Below, piece after piece: positions 38,501 to 49,159 of a DNA stretch of 64,000 bases. Source of the DNA: a virus (taxonomy: Duplodnaviria > Caudoviricetes). The number at the start of each line of letters is the position of its first letter. Position 1 is the first letter of the stretch. The position numbers were made by a program, and so were the translations under genes. The stretch spans positions 32,001 through 96,000 of IMG/VR virus record IMGVR_UViG_3300028805_000081, one strand, 5' to 3'. The notes under the pieces are model-generated. The model saw only the letters and a list, made by a program, of their open reading frames with translations. It did not search any database and was not told where the DNA came from.

Positions 38501-39682
38501 TGGCTTGACAATGGATTTATTAAAGCTTTCACTTCTGACGGAGTTTTACATAAATTATATAAATATAAAGTTAATGATGATTTAAGTGTAGAACTTACTA
38601 AGCATAAAGATTACATTGACATAGATCTTGAAACGTGGGATCAGACTATCGCCCGGCTGACAGATAAACTTGATATAAAGGTTAATGAAAGCCTTGATGT
38701 TATCAAAGATACAATAGAGAAGTATAATACTTCTGAAATGTATGCATTAACTTCTACCGGGAAAGACAGTGCAGTAGTAATTGATCTTGTAAAGAAAGTT
38801 AAACCTAATATTCAGGTAATGTTTAATAATACTTCAATGGACGTTGCTGATACCTACAGAATTGTAAAATCACATCCGGAATGGATTGTTACTAATCCGG
38901 ACGAAGGATTCTATGTGTGGAGTAAAAGAATTAACTTTGTTCCTACCCGGTTCACAAGAGCTTGTTGCCGTATATTTAAGGAAGAAGCAAGCATGAAATA
39001 CTTTAAAGAACATAACATAGACAAGCTCATGCTGTTTATGGGCGTTCGTAATGATGAAAGTAGTGCAAGAGCAAACAGACAGTTTATAGAACATAATCCT
39101 AAATGGAGCAATCCAAACTGGCTGAGTTGCCTTCCAATACGTAAATGGACAGATTTAGATGTTTGGTTGTATATTTTAAGAGAACATCTTGAAATAAATC
39201 CTAAGTATCGTAAGGGTTATAATCGTGCTGGATGTGCGATAGTATGTGCTTTTGCTGCAAAGGGAACGTGGGTGTTAGATCAGTATTGGTACAATAACTT
39301 ATACAACAGATGGCATAATCAGCTGACAGATAAATTTATTGATACTAAAGGCTGGGCAAGAGTGAATTGTACGATTGATGAATATCATTCATGCTGGAAC
39401 GGTGGTTTACTCCGATCAGAACCAACAGAAGAAGTCATTCAGGAAATGATGCAATACACTAAGCTGCCGAGAGATACGGTAATAAAATACTTCAATAAAA
39501 CTTGTGAATGTGGTGCAAATGTGCGTAACCCGGAAGTGTTAGGTATGAATTATAAATTCTTCGGAACTGATGTTAATGTAGTTTATTGTAAAAAGTGCTT
39601 AAAGAAAAAGTTAAACATGAAAGAATCTGACTGGAAATTTAATATAAATAAGTTTAAAGAACAAGGATGTAATCTGTTTTAA
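38420..39682 (+). CDS. PAPS reductase family protein
   Basis: PP-loop STGKDS, RACCRIFK, GVRNDES, PIRKW, GYNRAGCAIVC. Confidence 0.85.
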   Translation: MLPVFKEFVDFIEYKIQRKVGVADATCWLDNGFIKAFTSDGVLHKLYKYKVNDDLSVELTKHKDYIDIDLETWDQTIARLTDKLDIKVNESLDVIKDTIEKYNTSEMYALTSTGKDSAVVIDLVKKVKPNIQVMFNNTSMDVADTYRIVKSHPEWIVTNPDEGFYVWSKRINFVPTRFTRACCRIFKEEASMKYFKEHNIDKLMLFMGVRNDESSARANRQFIEHNPKWSNPNWLSCLPIRKWTDLDVWLYILREHLEINPKYRKGYNRAGCAIVCAFAAKGTWVLDQYWYNNLYNRWHNQLTDKFIDTKGWARVNCTIDEYHSCWNGGLLRSEPTEEVIQEMMQYTKLPRDTVIKYFNKTCECGANVRNPEVLGMNYKFFGTDVNVVYCKKCLKKKLNMKESDWKFNINKFKEQGCNLF

Positions 39683-39770
39683 TAATAATACCAAAGTAAG
39701 TTATAAGTATCATGTGAGTTTATATTTTATAATCTACTTTGGTATTTTTTATGTAAGGAGATGATGAGAA

Positions 39771-41351
39771 ATGGGACTGATAAAAGGTATTGAAGATAAA
39801 TATCCGGAAGAAATAATTTATAAGCGTGAGTTTTTTGAAGGACAGGTAATAGGTCTGTTAGCAAAAGATTTACTATTTATTGATGAATGTAACCTTAATC
39901 TGACTGACTTTAAGACAGAAGAAGGCAGAGTGTTCTTTAAAATAGAACAGGAGATCCGTAATAAAGGATATAACCAACTTGATGAAGTCACAGTGCTGTC
40001 TAACATCCCGGAAAATCTTCAGGATAAGTTTGAAGAATATGGTGGATATGATGCAATGGCTAATCTGTCCGAGATAGTTGATACTAAAAATGCAGATTCT
40101 ATATTTGATGCACTTCACAGAGAGAATATCTTTATGAAGTTATATGATAACGGGTTCAATTTATTAAAGTCTATTAAGAATGACAAAGGAATTGAATTTG
40201 TCCCGATAGAAAAGTTCAGAAAGCTGCCTTCAGAAAGTGTTGTATCATGGTATGAAGTCGAATTAAACAAAGTTGCTGTCGGATATAATACTAAGATCCT
40301 TGAGGAAGGAAATCTTAATATTGATGATGAGTTTTTGGAAAGCCTGTATGCCGGTGATCAGTGTGGTGTGCCGTATTCCAGCTGTAGTATTGATATACAG
40401 GGCGAAGAGGAAACGGTATATCCGTATACTACCCGACAGACTAAAGGCTTGCTACGTGGCTCTACAACGATTTTAGGGGCATATTCATCTGTAGGTAAAA
40501 CAACATGGTGGACTGGCTTAATTCTCAGCCTGTTAGAACAGGGAGAAAAGGCTTTAATCTTCAGCAATGAACAAAACTCTGCCGTATTCAAAATAAACGT
40601 TATTATTTGGCTGGCGTATAAACACTTCAGATATTACAAGATCACTAAATCCAATCTGATTAATGGTAATTTAACTGATGATGATAAATCAAAAATCAAA
40701 GAAATCCGGGATTATTTTATGAAGAAATATTCTCAGAGCATTATGTTTATACATCTTCCGGATATGGATATATCAACGATCAAAAAGAAAACAAGATACT
40801 ATGCATTGCAATACGGCTATACAGTATCGCTTATTGATACTTTGAAGATGGATTATTCTGACGGTGTTGCTGATGCATCATATCACAAGCTTATCGAAGA
40901 TACAAGAACACTGGATAGCCTTGCAAAGAGATTCAACCTTATTGAGTTATGCAGCTTTCAGCTTGCTCCGAGTACGTTAGGTAAGCTATTTCTTGATGTA
41001 ACTTGTTTGTCCGGGGCAAAGGCAGTTAAAGATACATGTGAAAACCTGTTCTTGATGCGTGTTGCTTATAAGGATGAACTTGATAAGGAAAGTAAAAAGT
41101 TTTATTGTAGTCCGTTCAGAAGGAAAATGGTTGAAGATATTGATGAAAACGGTGATATAAAAAACACATGGATAACAGAAAAGTTTGAACCTAATCCTGA
41201 TAAGATTTATCGCATATTCTTCATTGATAAGTGCAGATCCGGGCAGAACTCCGGTGATAGTGGAGAAGCGATGCTTTTAGAATTTGATGCTAACCATAGT
41301 GTCTTTAAGGAAGTAGCGTATTGTAAGCCGAAAAGACTGCTTATTCAGTAA
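39771..41351 (+). CDS. dnaB: Replicative DnaB-like helicase
   Basis: GAYSSVGKTT, FSNEQ, LIDTLK, FQL and IDKCRSG motifs. Confidence 0.8.
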   Translation: MGLIKGIEDKYPEEIIYKREFFEGQVIGLLAKDLLFIDECNLNLTDFKTEEGRVFFKIEQEIRNKGYNQLDEVTVLSNIPENLQDKFEEYGGYDAMANLSEIVDTKNADSIFDALHRENIFMKLYDNGFNLLKSIKNDKGIEFVPIEKFRKLPSESVVSWYEVELNKVAVGYNTKILEEGNLNIDDEFLESLYAGDQCGVPYSSCSIDIQGEEETVYPYTTRQTKGLLRGSTTILGAYSSVGKTTWWTGLILSLLEQGEKALIFSNEQNSAVFKINVIIWLAYKHFRYYKITKSNLINGNLTDDDKSKIKEIRDYFMKKYSQSIMFIHLPDMDISTIKKKTRYYALQYGYTVSLIDTLKMDYSDGVADASYHKLIEDTRTLDSLAKRFNLIELCSFQLAPSTLGKLFLDVTCLSGAKAVKDTCENLFLMRVAYKDELDKESKKFYCSPFRRKMVEDIDENGDIKNTWITEKFEPNPDKIYRIFFIDKCRSGQNSGDSGEAMLLEFDANHSVFKEVAYCKPKRLLIQ

Positions 41352-41388
41352 AAGACTGATGGTTCAGTAAGCAAAGTTGCATAATTCT

Positions 41389-41440
41389 GTTGACAATTTG
41401 AAAAATACGTGATATACTGTAGTTAGTGAGCATAGTTCTT
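41389..41440 (+). promoter_or_regulatory. SigA promoter + 15-bp motif
   Basis: TTGACA-N17-TATACT then GTGAGCATAGTTCTT. Confidence 0.7.
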
Positions 41441-41486
41441 TAAAAACTACAGTATATTTTTTATTCAAAAGGGAACGGTAACAGAA

Positions 41487-42515
41487 ATGATTATCGAGGA
41501 AATTAAGAAAACACTACTTGAAAGTCCGGAAATTATATGCAATATATTAGAGTATTTCGGATTTTATCATATGAAGATTTATAGTAATCGTATCAGTTTT
41601 GCTAACAGTGAGGACGGAAACAGGAACGGTATCAGCCTGAAGCTGGATGAGTCACTTGTTGTAAAGGACTTTGTACGTGGGCACAAAGGAGATATATTTT
41701 CATTTCTTATTAAATCCCGTGGCGTTTCATTTAAAGAAGTCCTTGACCGTGTAAAGTATGAACTCGACATTGAGTGTTTTGATTTCGCTCCGAAAGTTGA
41801 ACCTTTTAGCGGATTATTTTCTAAGTGCAGAAAGAAGAAAAATACACTTGAATATAAGATATATCCGGAAACGGTACTTGACCAGTATGAAAGAGGATAT
41901 TCTAAGAAGTTTTATGATGATCATATATCATTAGCGACTCAGGAGAAATTCGGTATCAGATATGATCCATTAAACTGTTCTATAGCTATTCCGATCAGAA
42001 GTCCTACAGGTGACTTGATAGGCAGTAAGCTGCGTAGGAACTACAAAGTATCTGAAGATGAAAGCAAGTATATTTATGATATACCATGCCCGGCTTCACA
42101 AACATTGTTTGGCTATTTTCAGAATTACGATGCGTTATACGGGAATGACATCATCATAGGTGAAGCAGAAAAGTTTGTGATGCAATGTGATTCATACGGT
42201 TACAGGAACGCTGTAGCTCTTGCAAGCAGCAATTTGTCTATTACACAATGTAAACTGATACTTTCACTGAATCCAAACTCAGTGACGTTTATGATGGACG
42301 TGGGACTTAACCCGGAAACATTATTAAGGAATATGGAATTATTAAAGAGTTATTCTTCAATGCTATGTATCGAGATCCGTTATTGGAACGGGAATAACTT
42401 TGGTGACAAGGAAAGTCCTACCGATAGAGGCAAGGACGAATTTGAGAAAGCATTATTAGACTGGAGTGATATGAGTGTTTTGTGCAAACGACTTAACAAC
42501 AAAGGAAATATGTGA
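41487..42515 (+). CDS. dnaG: DNA primase (TOPRIM)
   Basis: IAIPIRS..G.LIG, IIGEAEK, FMMDVG; located between helicase and RecJ. Confidence 0.75.
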   Translation: MIIEEIKKTLLESPEIICNILEYFGFYHMKIYSNRISFANSEDGNRNGISLKLDESLVVKDFVRGHKGDIFSFLIKSRGVSFKEVLDRVKYELDIECFDFAPKVEPFSGLFSKCRKKKNTLEYKIYPETVLDQYERGYSKKFYDDHISLATQEKFGIRYDPLNCSIAIPIRSPTGDLIGSKLRRNYKVSEDESKYIYDIPCPASQTLFGYFQNYDALYGNDIIIGEAEKFVMQCDSYGYRNAVALASSNLSITQCKLILSLNPNSVTFMMDVGLNPETLLRNMELLKSYSSMLCIEIRYWNGNNFGDKESPTDRGKDEFEKALLDWSDMSVLCKRLNNKGNM

Positions 42516-44076
42516 CAAAATATGTGAACAGAGAGGAATTAATAATCCGTATGAGTTTTTCTATCCAGCGGGATCTTGGATTTTAGATCCGCTTGAATTA
42601 AAAAACATGGATAAGGCTATAGCCAAAACTATGGCTCATAAAGATGACAATATAGGCGTATTCTTTGATACTGATGCTGACGGTATCTGTTCAGGGACAG
42701 AAGTAACAGAAGAACTCCGGGCGTTAGGATTTAAGGTACAGACCTTTATCAATAGCGGTAAGGCTCATGGTTTACTTCAGGGCGATCAGCTGAATACAAT
42801 CAAAATAAGTGGCATTAAGCTACTTATCATTCCGGACAGTCTTGACAGCACAACTGACGGATATAAAGAGCTTCATGATGCTGGCATAGATATTATCATT
42901 CTCGATCATCACGATGTGAGAATTGATTATCCGGATGATATAGTTACGCTTGTATCATCAAATGTGGATTATCCAAATCCTGACTTATCGGGTGCGGGCG
43001 TAGCACTGAAATATTGCTTGGAACTTGATAAGGTATTTAAGACAAATCATGCGTATAACCTTTATGATCTTGCTGCGATAGGCATATTAGCAGATGTATC
43101 AGACGTATATAGCAGTATGGAAAACAGAGCGATTATTCACAAAGGACTCAGCAATCTGAATAATCCAGCTGTAAAGAAGATACTTGGCAGCTATGAGTTT
43201 AATGCAAAGAGTGTGCTGTTCAGTATTGCCCCGGCAGTAAACGCCTGTGTGAGAACTAATGCTACCGGGTTAGCAAAGGACTTTTTCTTGGAAACAGAGA
43301 ATAAGAAGTTACTTGCTATGCGTAAAGAAATAGAAGCTCAGAAAGTTATTCAGGATGAAGAAAAGAAAGCACTTCTTGATATAGTTAGGGAACAGTTAGA
43401 TTCTCAGACAGAGTTAGATTTTGGTTATGCTATTATAAATACTAAACTCGGTGTATCAGGGTTAATCGGTAACACTGTTCTTGATGAGTATAACAAGCCT
43501 ATCTTTATCTTCAATGATACCGGAAGTGACGTATTTATTGGCTCTATGCGTAGTGTCAAGTACGGTAACTTTGCAGACATAGCGAATAGTACCGGGCTAA
43601 TAAGTTGTAAGGGACACGGTGAAGCTGCGGGTGTTATAATCCGTAAATCAGACCTTGATGAGTTTGTCAAAAAGTTAACTGCGATTTTAAAGAATACTCC
43701 GGTAATTAATGACGGTGTAGGTGCTGACCAGTATGATTTTGAGATAGATGTGGATTATATTGACAGAGAATTTTCAGATCTTATGTGCAGAATTAACCGT
43801 ATAACTGGAAATGGATTCAAACCAGTGACTGTCAAGGTAAATAACATTACAGGCTATGAAGTAGGAAGTTTCAAGGACGGAAAGCACCTTACTCTTAGTG
43901 TTCAGGGTACAAACATCATGGTAATAGATTGGAATACCACAGAGGATTTTGATGAGTGGGAACTCCACGCTATGTGTGATGATCCGTTTGATGTGGTCTG
44001 TGAAATAGAACATGGATACTTCGGACGTAACTTTACTATCAAACTTATTGTTAAAGAATTTTGTTGGGAGAGATAG
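42475..44076 (+). CDS. recJ: RecJ-like ssDNA exonuclease (DHH family)
   Basis: DTDADG, ILDHH, SGAGV, ILADV, GSMR, KGHGEAAG. Confidence 0.9.
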   Translation: MFCANDLTTKEICDKICEQRGINNPYEFFYPAGSWILDPLELKNMDKAIAKTMAHKDDNIGVFFDTDADGICSGTEVTEELRALGFKVQTFINSGKAHGLLQGDQLNTIKISGIKLLIIPDSLDSTTDGYKELHDAGIDIIILDHHDVRIDYPDDIVTLVSSNVDYPNPDLSGAGVALKYCLELDKVFKTNHAYNLYDLAAIGILADVSDVYSSMENRAIIHKGLSNLNNPAVKKILGSYEFNAKSVLFSIAPAVNACVRTNATGLAKDFFLETENKKLLAMRKEIEAQKVIQDEEKKALLDIVREQLDSQTELDFGYAIINTKLGVSGLIGNTVLDEYNKPIFIFNDTGSDVFIGSMRSVKYGNFADIANSTGLISCKGHGEAAGVIIRKSDLDEFVKKLTAILKNTPVINDGVGADQYDFEIDVDYIDREFSDLMCRINRITGNGFKPVTVKVNNITGYEVGSFKDGKHLTLSVQGTNIMVIDWNTTEDFDEWELHAMCDDPFDVVCEIEHGYFGRNFTIKLIVKEFCWER

Positions 44077-44285
44077 TCATGATAGCTAAGATTACTTATA
44101 AGGGACTCGGCAAATTGGATGACTGGTACGGACATGTGGATTATCACAAAGGCAGGACTATTAACGGTGCTAATGAGATTAATGTTTTAGGCGATGTTGT
44201 TTTAATCAAGGTCAGAGGAGAAACGATTATGGAAAGCCTTAATGAGATAGAGTCGATCAGGATTGTTGAACCACTGGAGGAATGA
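44061..44285 (+). CDS. Hypothetical protein
   Basis: ORF in operon. Confidence 0.5.
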   Translation: MLGEIVMIAKITYKGLGKLDDWYGHVDYHKGRTINGANEINVLGDVVLIKVRGETIMESLNEIESIRIVEPLEE

Positions 44286-44476
44286 TTATGGATTGGGAAT
44301 ACATTGAAGATGAAAATGATGATGGTTCTAAGACGTGTGTAAGCTGCGAACACTACTCAATTGACATGGATAATGACAGATTGCCTAACTATTGTGATGT
44401 AGACGGTCACTATGTTGGTTATGTAGATTGTTGGACTCGGACGTGTAAGTATCACAGGCTAAGAAAGGAGAGTTAA
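44282..44476 (+). CDS. Small Cys-rich protein
   Basis: GGAGG RBS; CVSC motif. Confidence 0.55.
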   Translation: MIMDWEYIEDENDDGSKTCVSCEHYSIDMDNDRLPNYCDVDGHYVGYVDCWTRTCKYHRLRKES

Positions 44477-44477
44477 T

Positions 44478-44786
44478 ATGAGTTATTACGGTGATAGCAA
44501 TAAAGAGTGGCTGCGTGATGAGATCAATGACTTCTTATCAAAAGGATACGACTTAGCTATATTAATGGACGTGGTTGCAGATTGTATCCGGGACTATGAA
44601 GTAGAGAATAAAGTTAAGCATGGTAAATGGATAGCACAAGATCCATGTAGAGGTTACAGTGAAACCTATAAGTGTTCTGCGTGTGGGGAAGTTGTTATTC
44701 TTAATACTTATACAAGAGGTTGCAGCTATGAATACTGCCCGGAATGTGGGGCTAAGATGGATGAAGGAGAAATTGTTTATTTATAA
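44478..44786 (+). CDS. Zn-ribbon protein (HGKW...CxxC...CPxCGAKMD type)
   Basis: Motif common in phage small proteins. Confidence 0.65.
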   Translation: MSYYGDSNKEWLRDEINDFLSKGYDLAILMDVVADCIRDYEVENKVKHGKWIAQDPCRGYSETYKCSACGEVVILNTYTRGCSYEYCPECGAKMDEGEIVYL

Positions 44787-44797
44787 AGGATGATTTT

Positions 44798-45019
44798 ATG
44801 AAAAAGGAATTAACCGAGGAGTCCATACAGAACTACTTAGATTATCTTGTTAGTATCCGTATTTGTTATGGTAATGAACGCTGTCATGAACATTTTAAAC
44901 ATGCAATGAACGGAGCTAAACATTCTTTTTCAGCAGCGGATTGTAAGAGGTTAAAGGCTGAATTATTAAGACGTATAGATGACGAATATAAAAGGCGAAT
45001 AAGTTTATCAGCAATATAA
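44798..45019 (+). CDS. Hypothetical protein, paralog of 10616..10891
   Basis: Shared sequence blocks. Confidence 0.65.
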   Translation: MKKELTEESIQNYLDYLVSIRICYGNERCHEHFKHAMNGAKHSFSAADCKRLKAELLRRIDDEYKRRISLSAI

Positions 45020-45033
45020 AGGAGTTGTAAGAT

Positions 45034-48000
45034 ATGTATTGTAATTTTCATAAGCACACGATGATGTCAAATATTTCCAGCCTTGATTGTATCTCTAAAC
45101 CTGAAGAATACATGAAAAGAGCTGCCGAGTTAGGGCATACAGAATATTTCACTACAGAACACGGCTATCAAGGTAATATTTTTGATGTATATACTCTTTG
45201 TCAGAAGTATAATCTGAAGTGTGTTTATGGAGTTGAAGCATATTATGTAGACAACAGGTATGAAAAAGACAAAGGTAATTATCACATCATCCTTATAGCA
45301 ATGACCGAAAACGGAAGAAAACAGATAAATAAGATCATATCTGAAGCTAATATTTCCGGTTTTTATTATAAAGCAAGGATTGATAAAGAATTATTACTTA
45401 CTCTTAATCCTAAAGATGTGGTAATTACTACTGCCTGTATTCAATCAAGGCTTTTCAAGGGAGATAATTGGTTAGAAAATTTCTTTCTGCCTGTTTATAA
45501 TCATTTCGGACAGAGTTTATATCTTGAAGTTCAGAACCACAATTCAGCTCCACAGATAGAACACAATAAGAAGATACTCGAATTATCTGAAAAGTATGGC
45601 GTAAAGATTATTCATGCTAATGATAGTCATTATATTTTCCCGGAAGATGCAGAATATAGAACATTATTTCTTCATGCTAAAGGGATTAATTACGGTGACG
45701 AAGATACATTCATTCTTGATTACCCGGACGAAGAAACTATCATCCAACGTTATTATCAGCAAGGAGTTTTGAGTAATGATCAGATTAAAGAAGCACTTGA
45801 AAACACACTTATCTTTAAGAAATCATCCGGGATTACTCTTGACAAGGAATTTAAGATCCCGAAAGTGACAGCTGAGAATGAAGATTCTGATAAAGTTCTC
45901 GCACAAATCATTAATGAAGCTTGGCGAAAAGAACGTAACAATATTCCTAAAGAGCTGCATGAGAAATATATTAATGAAATCAAATATGAATATGGCATGA
46001 TAAAAAAATGTGGCATGAGTGATTATTTCATTCTTGACCATAAGGTTGTTAAAAAGGCAATTGAAGAATATGGTGGCGTTCTTACTCATACTGGCAGAGG
46101 ATCAGGCGTATCATTTTATATTAATAAGCTTTTGGGGCTTACAGAAGTTGATAGAATATGGTGTCCGGTAAAGTTATATCCGTCAAGATTTATGACAGAT
46201 GTCAGAATATTAGACACTAAGTCAATTCCTGATTTGGACATGAATTGGGCAGACGTAGAACCGGCTCTTAAAGCAAGTGAAGATTACCTTGGTAAAGATG
46301 GTGTAAGACAAATGATTGCCTTTAAACCGCTTCAGGTTGCATCTGCTTTCAGATTATGGTGTAAAGCTAAAGGATTAAATATAGATGAATATGATGATGT
46401 AGCAAAGAAACTCGGTGATGATGAACATTGCTTTGATAATGATGAAAAATGGTCAGGACTTGTTGAAGGAAGTAAGATATTTCGTGGTGTAATCGAGTCT
46501 GTAGCTCCTTCACCATGTAGTTGGTTACTTTATGACAAGCCTATATCTGAAGAAATAGGACTTATTTCTATAGGATCTGAAACTAAAAATACCAAAGTTA
46601 TGTGTTGCGTTCTTGATGGTTATAACTGCGATTATTATAAATATCTTAAAAATGACTATCTTACTGTAACTGTTTGGGAGATTATCAGTGAAGTTTATAA
46701 GAAAATCGGCAGACCTATTGATGATATTAAAACACTTATTGATCTTTGTGATGATGATGTATGGCAGTTAATTGCAGATGGAATTACCAGCACAATAAAT
46801 CAGTGCGATTCTGATTATGATAAACAGATATTAGCTAAGTATAAGCCTAAGAATTTCATGGAAATGTCTGCTTATGTTGCTGCAATTAGACCGGGATTTG
46901 CAAGTAATCTCGATAGTTTTGTAAATAGAGAAGATCATACAACTGGAGTCCCGGAGCTTGATGAGATATTAAAAGATTCAAAGTCTTATTTGATGTATCA
47001 AGAAAATCTAATGTCATTATTTGTATGGCTTGGTATTCCTGAAAAAGATTGTTATGATATTATCAAGAAAATCAGTAAGAAAAAATTTAAAGAAAAAGAG
47101 CTTAAAGATTTTAAGACTCGTTTATCGGAAGCATGGATCAAAAATGTCGGGAATCTTGATTTATTTGAAAGAACATGGACTGATGTGGAAAATTCTTCCA
47201 GATATTCCTTCAATGCATCGCACAGCGTGTGCGTCTGCTTAGATGGTATGTACGGAGCATATCTTAAATCTCATTACCCGGTAGAATATTATGCTACTGT
47301 ATTTGAAATCTATTCAGATGATATGATAAAAACTACAGCTCTTACTAATGAACTGCCTTATTTCAATATCAAGCTAGAATCACCAAAGTTCAAAACATCA
47401 GGCAAACATTATTCTTATGATTTGGAAACAAGAACAATCTATAAGAATATCCAGTCAATCAAATTTCTTAATGAGAATGTAGCCGAAACTCTGTATAATA
47501 TGCGTGATCGGCACTTTGATACATTTCTTGACTTCTTAAAAGTAAATCCGTGCGATAGCAGACAAACTGAAATACTTATCACACTTGACTTTTTCAGTGA
47601 GTTTGGACAGTCCGGAAAGCTCATGAAAATCTTTGAATTATATCAAGCAAGATACAATAATAAGAAATTCAAATCAATCATCAAGAAAGAAACTAATCCT
47701 TATCCGGTCGAGATCTGTGAAAGATACGGCAAGGAAACTGATAAGCAGTTTAAAATCACAGATGAAGAAGGATTCATGAATGAGATTATCACTACAATCC
47801 CGGACAAAGAACTGCCAATCAGTACACGTCTTGAAGCTCAGTTAGAGTATCTTGGCTATATCGAATACACCAATCCTAAAGCTCAAAACTGGGGATTTAT
47901 TCTTGGCATTGATACAAAGTATTCACCAAAGCTTAGCATTTACAATCTTGACACAGGTAATACTGTTACAATTAAAATGAATAAAGCCGATTATGCTAAC

Positions 48001-48135
48001 TCTGGTCTGAAGCCTAAACAGGTTATTAAATATATCACAGATGATCGTCCGAAAAAGAAGATAATAGATGGTCACTGGACAGACCTTGACGAAACAGAAC
48101 CTTGGATTAAAGCATTTAATATTTATCGGGCATAG
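45034..48135 (+). CDS. dnaE: DNA polymerase III alpha subunit (PHP + polymerase core)
   Basis: FHKHT, TEHG, NDSHY (PHP); GRGSG, PDLD, AIRPG, YQE, YSFNASH. Confidence 0.93.
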   Translation: MYCNFHKHTMMSNISSLDCISKPEEYMKRAAELGHTEYFTTEHGYQGNIFDVYTLCQKYNLKCVYGVEAYYVDNRYEKDKGNYHIILIAMTENGRKQINKIISEANISGFYYKARIDKELLLTLNPKDVVITTACIQSRLFKGDNWLENFFLPVYNHFGQSLYLEVQNHNSAPQIEHNKKILELSEKYGVKIIHANDSHYIFPEDAEYRTLFLHAKGINYGDEDTFILDYPDEETIIQRYYQQGVLSNDQIKEALENTLIFKKSSGITLDKEFKIPKVTAENEDSDKVLAQIINEAWRKERNNIPKELHEKYINEIKYEYGMIKKCGMSDYFILDHKVVKKAIEEYGGVLTHTGRGSGVSFYINKLLGLTEVDRIWCPVKLYPSRFMTDVRILDTKSIPDLDMNWADVEPALKASEDYLGKDGVRQMIAFKPLQVASAFRLWCKAKGLNIDEYDDVAKKLGDDEHCFDNDEKWSGLVEGSKIFRGVIESVAPSPCSWLLYDKPISEEIGLISIGSETKNTKVMCCVLDGYNCDYYKYLKNDYLTVTVWEIISEVYKKIGRPIDDIKTLIDLCDDDVWQLIADGITSTINQCDSDYDKQILAKYKPKNFMEMSAYVAAIRPGFASNLDSFVNREDHTTGVPELDEILKDSKSYLMYQENLMSLFVWLGIPEKDCYDIIKKISKKKFKEKELKDFKTRLSEAWIKNVGNLDLFERTWTDVENSSRYSFNASHSVCVCLDGMYGAYLKSHYPVEYYATVFEIYSDDMIKTTALTNELPYFNIKLESPKFKTSGKHYSYDLETRTIYKNIQSIKFLNENVAETLYNMRDRHFDTFLDFLKVNPCDSRQTEILITLDFFSEFGQSGKLMKIFELYQARYNNKKFKSIIKKETNPYPVEICERYGKETDKQFKITDEEGFMNEIITTIPDKELPISTRLEAQLEYLGYIEYTNPKAQNWGFILGIDTKYSPKLSIYNLDTGNTVTIKMNKADYANSGLKPKQVIKYITDDRPKKKIIDGHWTDLDETEPWIKAFNIYRA

Positions 48136-48212
48136 TGCTCAAAGTTCTATAAAAGCCTTGACATTTCTTTATCTATATGTTATACTTAACTTAGCAAGTG
48201 AACATAGTTATA
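48136..48212 (+). promoter_or_regulatory. SigA promoter flanked by two 15-bp motifs
   Basis: GTGCTCAAAGTTCTA, TTGACA-N17-TATACT, GTGAACATAGTTATA. Confidence 0.7.
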
Positions 48213-48247
48213 TAATTTTGGATGAAAGGAGTGACAAGGCTTAAATA

Positions 48248-48445
48248 ATGCAAGGTGATAATGAGAGAGGGATGACACTCAGAGAATATCTGAAGTTTGA
48301 GGAATGGATTAACTATGTAACTATTCAAGCGATATTAAAAAATCTTTGTACAGAAGTTAAAACATATAAAGCGGAGAATGAGAAAGATTTAAGAGAAAAA
48401 CAAAGCGAAGGACTTGATGAGTCATGGATAAAGATCTTAGATTAA
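48248..48445 (+). CDS. Hypothetical protein
   Basis: First ORF after promoter. Confidence 0.45.
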   Translation: MQGDNERGMTLREYLKFEEWINYVTIQAILKNLCTEVKTYKAENEKDLREKQSEGLDESWIKILD

Positions 48446-48645
48446 AAAAGATAATGTTCAAGGACATCATCAAAAAAGATGGACTTGGTAAAGTGTTTAT
48501 TGACAATGATGTAGCAAATGTAATTAAAGAAGCCGGTTTTGTAATAATGACAGATGAACTGGCAAAGAAGTTTTTAAATGAGAGCTTGGAATTAAGCAAG
48601 CTGAAAGTTAAATGGGAGAATGAGAAAAATGGTAATAATACTTAA
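48424..48645 (+). CDS. Hypothetical protein
   Basis: ORF in operon. Confidence 0.5.
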   Translation: MDKDLRLKKIMFKDIIKKDGLGKVFIDNDVANVIKEAGFVIMTDELAKKFLNESLELSKLKVKWENEKNGNNT

Positions 48646-49159
48646 CGGGATAGGTCGTTCCGGGAAAGGAACTGTCTATAAATTTATGAACCAATATCTG
48701 CCGGGCGTTCAATACTCTTGGGTAGAACCAGTAAGAGATATGTTACGTGAAAAGGGTATTGATGTTGATGATAAAACACCTGAAATGCGTAAGTGTTTAG
48801 CTGATATTTGTGCTGCACTTGATGGTATCGACTACAATTACAAAGATATAACAGGCGTAATCAAAGACGTAGAAAACGGCATGATTGAAGGATGCAATAC
48901 AATCTATATTGATGTAAGAGATCCGAAGAATATTGACAGGCTCAGAGTATTCTGCCGGGAATACGGCATTGATTTCTGTACAATATATGTCAAGCGTGAT
49001 GTTGAGTGCCCTAATAATCAGGCAGACATTGCGGCTAAAGATCCTACCGGATATGACTATGTAATTGATAATAACGGTACGTTTCAGGAATTAAATCAGA
49101 AGTGTATGAACGTTGCACATTGTATTCAGACAGATTATAAGGTGATCCGTAATGAATGA
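48620..49159 (+). CDS. Nucleotide kinase-like P-loop protein
   Basis: GIGRSGKGT, IDVR, DYVIDNNGT. Confidence 0.7.
   Translation: MRKMVIILNGIGRSGKGTVYKFMNQYLPGVQYSWVEPVRDMLREKGIDVDDKTPEMRKCLADICAALDGIDYNYKDITGVIKDVENGMIEGCNTIYIDVRDPKNIDRLRVFCREYGIDFCTIYVKRDVECPNNQADIAAKDPTGYDYVIDNNGTFQELNQKCMNVAHCIQTDYKVIRNE

Noticed and set aside
42463-42515. Frameshift at the start of recJ
   Set aside because: GTG at 42475 has a GGAG RBS at normal spacing; overlap with the primase end explains the layout
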